A stretch of DNA of 64,000 nucleotides, from NCBI GenBank assembly GCA_964035545.1, contig OZ037768.1, positions 11,998,741 through 12,062,740 on the forward strand, written 5' to 3'. The notes beneath the pieces were generated by a model that worked only from the letters and a program-made list of their open reading frames with translations, did no database searches and was not told the origin of the DNA. The position numbers and the translations under genes were made by a program. This DNA is from Bugula neritina (Eukaryota > Animalia > Bryozoa). Each line of letters begins with the position of its first letter. Position 1 is the first letter of the stretch. Of this stretch, positions 39,429 through 51,110 are shown piece by piece.

Positions 39429-40644
39429 TATAAAAATCAATCAATTTAGAAACTGCGTGAGAAGAAAGCTATCTTGTTTAATGATAGTCTTCTGATAGAT
39501 TTTTTGAAAACTATTGCTAATACCCGTTTACCTACTATTTACAGCATAAGGATATTTTGCTTGTATGCTGTCAATACCTTTATTTTGCCATTTACTTGAT
39601 AACTTACGTTATTAAAAGATAAATCTACACATAAAACTGCAATATTGTCACTATGTCTGAAACAGATATGTGAAGATGTATGTTGTTTAACCATGTTAGC
39701 AGGGCTGAAGTTAATTCACAATTTTCTTTCACATACTTAGAGGCGCTTGGTGTGTTGACTTAGGTATAGAGTTGTCTGCAGTTTAATGTTCTTCTATGTA
39801 GGTAGTTATACAAGAACATACTTCTACATTTATTTATTGAGAAGTTTTGAGGAATGTAGTTAGTTTTCGTATTGAACCTTAGTTTAGTCATTTGTACTGT
39901 TGACCACATTGTACATAATATATTTATTTATTGATTGTAAATAATGTGAAATTTAGAGATTTTTTTTAGAAACATATTTATATTGTCAATTTTTTATGAA
40001 TGCTGATTTATATGTGTAAATTATTTGAAGTGGTTATACTTTAGAATCTACAATGACTTATGTTTAATATATAATTCAATTCAAGAGAAGTCCTATTGGT
40101 ATTGCTTTCACATGTTGTGTGTCTGGCTTGTTGTAATGATCCACTAATAAAGTTTTCAGATCTCCAATCAGGAAAGAGTTGCAACAAAAGCATGCAAATT
40201 TATAACTGCTTTTTTCTTATAGAAGTTTTTACTATAAAAATTTACAGAAAATTCAAATGATATTCACTTTAATAAAATACAACTCATATAGTCAATAATT
40301 AAAACTAATAAAAAATGACATAAAAATCACTTTTACCTAAAACTATAACTCAATATAATTATAAGAAAATTCATAATCATTGTGATTCACAAAATACATT
40401 TAATATAAAATTATGAAAATAAATAACTATGGAAATTGTAAAAACAATATCACAATTTTTCCTACAAAAGAAGGAGCTACAAAAATTGTTTTATACAATG
40501 GTATAATACAAGTGTAAAAACAGTATAGAATGAATAGCAAAATAAATAAGCTGACACGTGGTAAGTTTACCAGGTCAAAGCGGTTGTATTGTGAAAATAG
40601 TCATGAGGTTTTGGTTCATTAAATTACTTACAGTATTCCTCAAA

Positions 40645-43600
40645 TTAGCAAAGGACGGAACTGGCATACTCTACATTATCTGAGAGTTGGGAATCTTCTA
40701 GAAAACGACTCCTACAAACAAAACTTGAAACAGTTTAAGGTGGTTACAATATATAAATTTTGTCAAGACAAGTTGATACGAAACACTCACCATGTGACTG
40801 GAAATTTGTCTGCTACATCACGAGCACAGAGTTTTCCTTGTGCTTTTTGACTGTCAACCCAGTCTACGTAACCAACACTCAGTTCCTGGAGAAAGAACAT
40901 GACTATATATGCATGCATCATGTTCAACTGTACCTCTACAGTTGGCAAATATTGAGCACATAAATTTTAAAAAGAGAGTTAAGGCCTGGCCTCACGCTCG
41001 TGAGAATCACACGAAACCGTCTATTTGACACGAAAAACACGAACGTATGGTAAAATTTGACAGAATTCAAACGAAATCCTCTTCGTTGGGTGCACCTGAC
41101 GAAGACGATGGACGAAAAAAAGCAATTTACAATAAGCACCATTTGATTGGTCAATAAAATTTTAGCAAGAGTAATTATTTCATTTCTACCACGTTTCTCT
41201 GTTTGGTAATTTTCTGCTGTTTGTATCTCGTGCAAGACTCATTCACGGACTATTTATTACGTGTTTTGTCCGACGAGTGTGTGGCTGGTCATAACGAGAG
41301 GATAACTCACGAAAATCGTCACACGATTTTTGGGTGATTCTCACAAGCGTGAGGCCAGGGCCTTTAGTAGAACAGCACCAGGAAATTTAGCTGTGTTGAT
41401 ATTGCTTTACATATTGCAGCAGTTGAGGCTACAAGTTTACTTCAGACGTTTACAACCAATGAGTAAATAGAAGATTTACACTGTGCACCTTGTGTGTGGC
41501 ATATATAACTACAAAAGCTAGCAGCAAAAATTGTAATACTCTCATCACTTCTAAAATAATTTATAATAAAAAATGTACCCTAAACAATGCTTCTTGAAGC
41601 CTGTGTAGGCATATCTATTTAAACTAAAAGATACACTATAAACGTGCAGCAGCAATCTTAGTACACAGCAGGGATGTCAACAATAGCTAGCACAATAATG
41701 AATTACCAACCTGCCATTTCTTAACACTGTCCTCGTCTAAGTTCAACCAAGACTTTATTTGTCTGAGCCGCGTGTCTATCTGCAACAAACTTACTGATAA
41801 ATTTGGACTTTAACTTATCATAACTTTACATAAAACTTGTCATTTTCCATAAAACCAAATTGCCAAATGCTAAAACACATTCATAAATATATTAATTTAA
41901 GCATGCAAGAAAATGTTTTACATCAATAATACTTCACAATGAGAAGTTTTCTCCCTGTTAAAAATTGTAAATTACTTTGTAATGATTTACTAAACATCAA
42001 AATTGATATATCTAATTTAGTCAAAATAACTTACCTTTCGTTTTGTTTCTGTAACAGAAAGTCCGTTTTTACTAAAAAGAGCATTCCTAACTCTTTCCCT
42101 GACTGCCCTACATATTATATACCAAGCGGTCTTTTTCTTCAATAGACCAATCACATTGCGCTCTCTATCCAGATAGTAGAAAACTTCCCCTTCGAAACCA
42201 TGCTGGTGTCTAATCTAAAACACATCACGACACTGTAGAAATATCAACTATAAAATGCAGAGATACAACTACAGTAGGGGCTCCGAGTTTTGCTCTTGCT
42301 GCAATATTTGAAGTCATAATTGACTATAGAAATACCACAGAATAACCACTCTTTCAAGCCTGATAAATAAAATGTTGCAATAAATAATACACATAGTTGG
42401 CTTCAATTACATAAAGAATGACTGTTAAATTGGAGAAATACTGTCATCGTGATGGTTTGATTAAATTCAGAAGCTTAATATGTTTAGCCAATAATATTAA
42501 AGCATCTTGTACAACAACTGGTGTAGCAAATTGGCGGAGCAAAATTCTTATATAGGTTTTGTACTTTTAAAAAAGCATAAAACTATGTATACATAAATGT
42601 GATTAATCACAAATGCACAAAAATTAGAATTGTGTGATATAGGTCAACACAACAAGTAAAATGAGCATCGTCTATACATCCTTATTTATAACTCTACTAT
42701 ATACTAAAGAAGCTACAAAAGCTCTAATTCCATTAAAGCGGTGGCAGCACCTACTACTAATCACACTAACCTGTAACATATGAGCTTCTGCATCTACAGC
42801 ACTAATCTCTTTGTATTCTACAGGATCAAAGCCGAAGTATGCTGCCAACTTTATAGCTAGGTCTGGTGGGAAAATACACAACTCGTCTTTAACATTGAGG
42901 TTTGTAGATGTCCATGTGATGAACTTCAGAGCACTCCTGCGAACAGATATGAAGAATACGCTTCTATAACCAACAATATGCTTTAGCACTAAACCTATCA
43001 AAGCTCTGTTCAGTTACTTTAAAGAAAATAACAATATTTGTAGCCTTTGAAGTGCCAACTGTTGAATTATCTAAAAGTAAAGATAAAAGAAATAAAAAAT
43101 TGCTACAAATTGCAATAAACAGATAAAGCTAAGATAGAAATAGATTTCACACTTGCAGCAGTTGATGTGGGATAGCAGGCCGAATGTTCGGACAATAATG
43201 ACCAATACTTTGATGGCATTCTAACTAAGAGCAGGTCTGCATTAAATACAAAGTGAGATAGGCTGTGATATGTTATGGTTTAATACATGCTAAGCATCAC
43301 AAATTTTAGTGCATTTAAACATCTCCAAAAATATTTTAGCTAGTTGAGGTTTATCTCGGTAGTAAATGGTCAACACTAATCCCACGTGTTTGTAAATATA
43401 ACATATTGGAAAGCAAAAGACTATGGCTAATGAAATAAAAGCATTCAAAACAGTTAGAAGTGGCTTCTATCACTTTTAGGTCTTTAGAGCTTCAGATTTT
43501 TCATAGAAATAGAAAAAAATAAATGCTAAATACCTATAATAACTATCAGGACAGGTAAAACTAGTAGCAGTAATTACGCTGAGAATTATTAAGCCTTAAA

Positions 43601-45549
43601 AATGCAATTCTAATAAAAATGGACTAAACTAGAGCTACTAATTATAATACCAACTTTTCTCCAAGGTAGGACAAATCCTCAACATGCTGATGGTGAGGAT
43701 TGAGGATTTCAAACACCATAGTGAGTCGAGTTTCAGCAAGAAAGTCTAAAAATCTATGAAAAACAACAGAATCAGCTGTGTACTAAAATTGAAACACAAT
43801 ACATGAAATGTTGGCTAAAGAGTATATAGCAATCTTATTAACAATAATGATGAGCAACCGTTTGTATGCTCTATGTAAACATAACTTCAAAAATAACACA
43901 AACCACTTTAATATAAAACCTAGATAATTCACATACTTGATAACTTTTGAGCGCTCCATGGTCTCCAGAAAAGCTAGAATAGTCTCGGATATTTCACGGG
44001 CATACTGATAACGAGACTCATCATATTTATTGATATCAGACTTTTTCCTTATAATCAAGTGAACATTCTAAAACACATTGATTGCATTTAATCCATAAAA
44101 ACATATCGCTATAAATAAATAAGGCAAGAAAAAATCACTAATAATGTTTATATAGAAACAAAGAATTACTTTAGAGCCAGCGATAAGGTAATGAACTCCA
44201 CAGTGTTTTATACAACTTAGATGTGCTGCTTCACCATTAGCCTTTTTTAGAGAAATCACAGATGAAGCTTCACTGATGTCCTAAAATCAAATAAGAGACT
44301 GACCGAGTAAAAATTTACAAGAAAAAGAATACTAGTGTGGTCAATAAAAAACACTGAATGATACTAGAATATTGCCACTAGTATTGCTACAAGTACTGAT
44401 ATTACTAATTCTACTAAAAAGAACTTCAAAATATTTTCAACTTTTAGATAATAGATTGTTCTGTAATAATCTATAATTAGGTAGAACTACTAAAAAGTTA
44501 TTGAAAATTAGAAGTAAGGCAACTCCATATTTTAATAGAAGAATAGTGAAAAAATAACTACATATAGGTAGCGTCTCAGCTTCATGAATGTTTTTGTTAC
44601 TCACTAATTCCAGCATAATTAAACACTCCAGCTGTCTTTTTGTTAGGATAATCAAGTAATGGTTGTTGTAAACTTGTCATTTACATTAAATTAGGTAAAC
44701 TATATAGCAATACTTTACTGTCAAATTTATCATTAGATCACAAGATATTTTTTGATAGTTTTTCAGTTTTCAAGATGCCAAATTTTTATAATCATTTTAA
44801 TCTTACTTTAACAAAATATCGTTTCCAAATTAACTTATCTCCTCCTTCTGATCGATCATCATCATCTCCCATACCGCCTGTGAACTTTTTTAAAGCATAA
44901 GTTACACAGTTCCAAGGCTCATCCTGAATCCTTATAAAGGCATTACCACGAGCCACCTAAAATGTTAACTGATTCACTTGATGGCCATGTCACCTTGATT
45001 TTTAAGCAGAATAATAACTTTTTCATTTATCTTTCTCAGCAGGTTCAAAGAATGTTCAGAGCAAATTTTTAAGTATTAAATAATAGAGCAAAAATGTTTC
45101 TGAATTATTAGCAGTACAGAAAAATTTTAATTGGAATTATTACTTCTACCGGTAACATACTTTTTGTCTAAGTTCCACATCTTTGTCATATACAAGGTCA
45201 TCTGGACCTCTGCTATGTACTTTTACATCAGCCAGTTGAACTTTAACACCATCTGGAAATATCCCCAAAGGAATTTCCTTTATAAAGACTTTAAGCTGAG
45301 AGTGTTGCTCTGCCCAATTGACAAATCTAAATCACAATACGGACTATGAATACAAAACAATGCAGCAGTAGATTAATTGTCAAAATATACATTGCCATAG
45401 AGCTATTGCATCCTTTACATGAAATCTTAATAAGATGTGTGAAAAACGACATACTCGGTTCCTAGTTCGGAATTGTGTTCTAACGGCTGCTGTAGTTTTT
45501 CAATGTAGACATCAGGGTCATCACTAATAGCTTTCAGAGTTTCTTCCAT
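40645..45549 (-). CDS. Putative ATP-dependent RNA ligase, T4 Rnl1/fungal Trl1 ligase-domain-like (442 aa, 11 coding exons)
   Basis: Exons 45549-45455, 45326-45161, 44956-44807, 44280-44170, 44067-43937, 43753-43655, 42936-42771, 42214-42035, 41779-41711, 40885-40791, 40711-40645 join in phase with GT-AG ends (1329 nt including TAA). Motifs in order: VARG, LKKFTG, motif I KKANG, Ia GSKN, III TMVFE..HQHV, IV FEGEV, V LLKKKT. Confidence 0.82.
40982..41363. mobile_element. PIF/Harbinger-type MITE in an intron of the RNA ligase-like gene
   Basis: ~29-bp imperfect terminal inverted repeats AGGCCTGGCCTCACGCTCGTGAGAATCAC ... GTGATTCTCACAAGCGTGAGGCCAGGGCCT, flanked by a TTA target-site duplication (40979-40981 and 41364-41366). 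CpG-rich interior with no credible ORF. Confidence 0.85.
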
Positions 45550-46212
45550 TATAGATGCCCTACTAATATCCAAGTGTCATGCAACATATAAGGTGAATTC
45601 TGTTATAAAAAAGTTTGATTGAAAATAGAAACTTAATCTTTTTTTAACTTTGTATGAAGTTTGGCAGAATGCATTTTTCATCACACCGCACACCCAAATT
45701 TACTAGAAAATTAGGATAAAACATATACGATCAAGCAAGAAAAAAACTTGATTATTCAGCTGTATTTGTTAATATTTCATCAATTTAATGCAAGAAACTA
45801 TATACATTGGTGGCTAAACTGTGAAAAATAGCTAGAAACTAGAGATATATAGTGTGCACTAAAGGATTTAAAATGACCCTTACGATAACTATCTATAATT
45901 CACTATTTCACTTCTAGAATTAATATAATAATTATATCAAAGTGACATTACTTATTAGTCATTATATTTTAAAGTACTAATAGACATAACCCTACACTCT
46001 GCAGGTTACAAAGTCAAATATTTAAAGTACATGTTTATTATTTTTATCTATATTATAATTTAATAAATTAATTTTTAATTACAATTTCAATTTGATATTT
46101 TTATTTTACTAATTTAGATTATTGCAGTAAATCTGGGAATGTTTATTTTAGTATTTGTATTTCACTAATATGTATTTGTTTACGTATTTTATTTTTGTAA
46201 CCTTTTGCAATT

Positions 46213-46392
46213 AGCGAGAGGCGGAAGTCTTTGACTTCGGCCAAGTCGAAAGCCCGAAATCATTCATGATGTCTGATTCGCGCGCAAGACTGGGTTCGAG
46301 CGTCCATTTCAGGCGCCAGTTCCAACCAGGCGTCCGATGTGGACGCCCGAGTGCCAGTCGGGTGCCTGAGTTTAGCCCGACTTCCGCTTTGC
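46213..46392 (+). other. GC-rich structured island (candidate ncRNA or fold-back element)
   Basis: Closing stem GCGGAAGTC/GACTTCCGC enclosing several internal hairpins. G-U pairs favour the + strand. T6 run just downstream (~46399-46404). Confidence 0.45.
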
Positions 46393-48119
46393 AGGATATT
46401 TTTTACCATATAAGTGGGGAAGTTCTAGTACCTAGTCAGTCTGAACTGGAAGCTGCTATAGACTAACACTACTTTTAACTACCTACTAATTATCATTTTT
46501 GGTTAAAAAAACTATGCCTAAATTCTTTTTTCAGCAGGCATTACAATAAGCCATTCATCAACCAAATCTCTCCTCATCTTTATTCAGCAATACAAAGAGT
46601 CTATGTTCACATAGTTTATTGTCTTCAAAGATAATTCACCTAACTATCACTAAAATTTACTGCTAGACTTTAGTATTTCAATCTTAATTATAAACAATAA
46701 ATATAATATAAATTTCAATATAATATCAACTATAAATATTGATATTTATAATTTAATACACAATTACTGAATTATAATAATAAATATTATTAATATTTAT
46801 AATACTAATTAATTATCAAATTTTATGTCAAATTACAAGAAATTAAATTATAAATAAGCATAGATTATTATAAATATTATTTTAAAAAATGCATTACAAA
46901 TCATATGATTATAATTTATAATTATTCATTATTTAATTATTTTATAATAAGTCCAATATGAATACTTATTCTGATAACAATAACATTATGATTATCAGAA
47001 TAAGAGTATCAATATCACGTTGGTATAATTGTAGTTATAGCAAGCCGCAAGGTATTTGTCTTTAAAATTCAAGTTGAATTTTACATTGACATTCATTATC
47101 ATTATGATTGTGATTGACATTATGATTATCATTATGAATTATGATATTGATAATGATCATCATTATGATTATCCTTATCAGGCTTATGATTATGCACAAT
47201 TTAAACCGAAATTGCGTTAAAAACTATTTTGTACACTAAATTTATATTTTACAAAAAAAGAAATAAGTACCGTGTCAATATTCAACTGCTTTATTGATGA
47301 AGTCAAAGAAGAAAATAATTTTTTATGCTTCTATCGTTAACCACATTCAATTTCATATAAGTTTCACCATCAGGCGTAAGAACGATTGTAAATTCATATA
47401 CTTGGAGCGAGTGTTTTGTTTGAATCGCTAAACGTAAGCTCCAAAATATACGTTCGCTTATTGGGCTAAATTGCTTGAAACAACACCTAGTTGATGATTC
47501 AGTGTATTAGTTTGGGGGTCTCGAGAATGATGTGTGTGAAAATACTGTTCTCACTCACTCCCAACTCGGTGCTGCTTTTAGCAATATTCTGATATGCATG
47601 GCACCGAAATAGAGTGTATTCCAGTGATGAGAAAAAGCAATGCGCAATGTGCTTATCTTATGGCTAAAAGCAAAGCAGTTAGAGTTATTCGTTCCATAAA
47701 GAATAAAAACTCCTCATCACCGGTGGTATGCAATAATTCTACAATAATAATAGGTTTCAACTTATAAAAATATACCACCCTGCTGCTGACAAACCAATTC
47801 ATGCACATCTCAAATAAAATAATGACACATACTAAATGGATTATGCTATACCATGTTATGCATCAGCCAGTGTTGTGCAATTGTTTTTACTTATGAGTTA
47901 CGGTATATCCACAAATATTATGTAGCTACTTTTTAATTTTTGTTTTAAACTTTTTAGGTGTCAGAACTATATTCAAACAAAATGAATTACAGCAATACAA
48001 TATTGAAGGATGAAACAGTTAATGCAAACTATAAAACTTTTGCCCTCAATGGGATTCGAACAATAGAAATTGAATGATTTTGGTATGATGATTTAGCAAC
48101 ATGGTGGAGAAAACAACAT

Positions 48120-48210
48120 ACTGGTTGGTATTGGGGTTCAACCCTACCGCATCAGTGCACTTGCCAGTGTGAACGGGGCATTTATCAGCTAGACTACCTG
48201 ACCAACCTCC
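48120..48210 (-). mobile_element. Degenerate tRNA-derived SINE head or tRNA pseudogene
   Basis: Minus strand reads GGTTGGTCAGGTAGTCTAGCTGATA (A-box-like) ... GGGTTGAACCCC (B-box-like) ... ACCAACCA (pairs with the 5' end). No intact cloverleaf. Confidence 0.45.
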
Positions 48211-48981
48211 TCCCCCCAACATGATAAGCGGATAGCAGATTTACTAAGAGCTCACTCTATTCTGCACAAGGTATGTTTAAGCATATTATAATGTACAATA
48301 GAGCAGAGGCTTTGCAAGTTGTGTAAGTTGAAGAGAGTGAAGAAATCAAAGTAAATAATTGTGCACTATCTTCATTTATTGCAACTATAACACTTGCAAT
48401 GTACTTGCATTATAAATAAATGCCCTGTGAAAATCAAGTATTAAATAGTCATTTAGTAAATATAACAGAAATGTGTTTAAAATCAAAAGGCTTTTATAAC
48501 ATCACCATGAGCAACATTTAGCTATGCACAAGTTAAACTCTACACTCATTCATTATGTCACAACGCGTGACTTATTGAAAATATCTACAACTAGCAAATT
48601 ATAGATTTTCAATATGGATATCACACTCAACATCAATCAGGAATTCTCTCAACAACAAGTGAATTTTTACTAAAAGTGCATAAACTTGTGAAAAGACACA
48701 GACAAAGCTTTGAGTAAAGTTGACCCAAAACAAAAAAATTAGAGATTCACAAATAGCCTAGCAGCAATGTCTATGTTAACATCGGTGTGTTTTACAGAAT
48801 TTATTTGTTTTCAGTATGGTTAGTTAATGATGTGAAAAGCGAAAACTTCCTAAACTCCAAAACTTAGCAGAGTTTCATTAATTGCTGATAATCTAAATGA
48901 CTGTACAAAATATTTTAATGCTTGAACTTTACACTATGCATTCAATGGAAACTATCTCCTTTTACCACAGCCAAGCACACC

Positions 48982-50064
48982 TCAATAGGTTTTCCATTGT
49001 TTATCTGAAAGCACATGTTCACCATATTGTTTATCACTTTCTGCATGTTGTTGTTGCAATAATAACTCAAGTTCTCGCTTTTCCTGCTCAGCAGCGAGCT
49101 TTGTTTCCTTTGCATCTCTTATTTTCCCTTCTTTCACTGGTTTTACATCTAAAATTTTAACAGCAGTAATACTTGAAAAAAAACTGTTTAGATATTGTTT
49201 TGTAAAAAACACATTGAGAATGTCAAAAGTCAAAGTTCCAGAGCACAACAAATAATATCTAATATCATCATAAAAAATGTTTATTCGCTGTTTAGTGCAC
49301 TTGCTGGGTATATCATCATTGCTGAAATGAAATAAAATATAATTAGTATGCTCCTCTGTAATAAATTGATTCACTACTTTTCTTACCTTTTATATTAACA
49401 TGTTTAAAGTTGGATACAAAACAAAACTTACAGTAATCAATTTGACAGCCTATTTTACTCCTAAAATGCAAAAGCTATGAAAATGAAAATTACTGCAAAA
49501 GAAATCTAGCTCGAACGTTTACCAGATACAAGTAGATAATTCTTACATATATAAAAAACTGCATGATTTCCATTATGCAGCTCCATTGCAACATTTTAAA
49601 AAAAAAATGAGAGTGTTAGATACATTCAATTACCAACTGAGATTCATTCTTAAATTTTATACATCTGTGTAAGGATATTGATGGTATAATGTACTTTCTT
49701 TGTAAAAATTAGCAGATCAAAAATTTTCAATTATGCGCCTATGGCTTTTATTAAATAGTGCTTCACAATAGCAACAATGCTACAGGAAAAGATATTAAAA
49801 ATTATTGATGTTGACTATCAACTTACAATTAAAGATTTATTTATAATTTTCTAATTGACCGGTGGGCATCCTAGATTAATAATTAAATACATGATCTGAA
49901 AACTTACTTCGTACATAATCTATTGCGAGGATTGTACATACAACTCCCAAAACAGCTGTGATTCCAAAAGCAGCGTTAACTCCAACCCTGTGTAATCGAT
50001 TATAAAGTTTCTCATTCTTTGCTTTTGACTTTGATGACACTGACAGCTTAGGAATGTTTTTCAT
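48982..50064 (-). CDS. Small single-pass membrane protein, COX14-like cytochrome c oxidase assembly factor candidate (107 aa, 2 coding exons)
   Basis: Exon 50064-49908 (MKNIPKLSVSSKSKAKNEKLYNRLHRVGVNAAFGITAVLGVVCTILAIDYVR) splices in phase 1 to 49148-48982 (NVKPVKEGKIRDAKETKLAAEQEKRELELL...WKTY*). Basic N-terminus, one hydrophobic helix, charged helical tail. The gene model is solid; the COX14 assignment rests on overall layout only. Confidence 0.55.
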
Positions 50065-50819
50065 CTCTGTTCTTTGTCTATCTAGTGAAAGTTATAACTT
50101 ATTAATTGAACTGTTCTTAAATTTGATAACGTCGTGTCATAGCCTAAGGTTAATCTATTACTTGAAGGCTTAAAACAATTTAACCATCGCCGTAGTCACT
50201 ATTAAAGTATTAGTATTACTACAGCTGATAGTCATAGTGATAGTATTACCATTATTTAATGTTTAATTTTTATTTTTATCAATAAATAAATCAAATTTGA
50301 ATTAGTATTACAGCGAATTATCAAATTGTATCTGTAACTGTGAGCCTAGCCCTATGACTCACTCACTGCCTATGAGATAAAATTAAATGTTTCACTTTCA
50401 GTGAAAGAACCTACCCAGACTGGTAATACTTATAGTTATACTAATACTGTAATACTAATAGTCATACTAAAAGTAAAAGTAATATTAATAACCGTCTAGA
50501 AAATCGTCATGCCTATAAGTCACAAATCATTTCATCATAGTTATAGTATAAGTATAGTAATAGCCTCAGACTGAGGCTCGGACTGTCACACTCACTGTCA
50601 ACTCAAATTGAAATTGATGCTGGAGTCACGAGTAAAATTGTATTTGATATTTTTTATAAACTGTAACTTGAATTATTTAGTTATTGATATGAAAGCAATA
50701 TGACTATGTAATGATTTTGATCAAAGTCTGCAAGTTAGTAATCACTATCGCTATTAGTATTACTATAATATTACTACAATTGAATAATATTACTTTGCGG
50801 TAAGTGAAAGCTAGTTAAT

Positions 50820-51110
50820 GTTACATATACAACTCTCACTTGGGGAAAACCGGAAACAATTTGCGATTTATTACAGCCTTGACATGTAAGATAACGCAGT
50901 CAAGGCAATATTACTGTATCTATAATCGGTGTTGATCTCGCGGCTCATTGAACTATTGATAAATTTAAAGAATTTAGCCTATACCATAAGCAACAGAGTC
51001 TGAAGTATTCGCTTCAATTTTCAAGGTCATCGTGTTTCGAAATCAGTACTTCATTGGTTCAGAGCGATCTGCAAGCGCTACCGCATTCTATTCGCAGCAG
51101 TGTTCAGTAT
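50820..51110. promoter_or_regulatory. Inferred divergent promoter region for the COX14-like (-) and ERICH2-like (+) genes
   Basis: Head-to-head genes. CpG-containing patch flanked on both sides by AT-rich micro-palindrome tracts. UTR acceptor at ~50083 upstream of the minus-strand ATG. Confidence 0.45.

Noticed and set aside
46266-46466. 66-aa ORF over the GC-rich island
   Set aside because: No family resemblance; better explained by base-paired structure.
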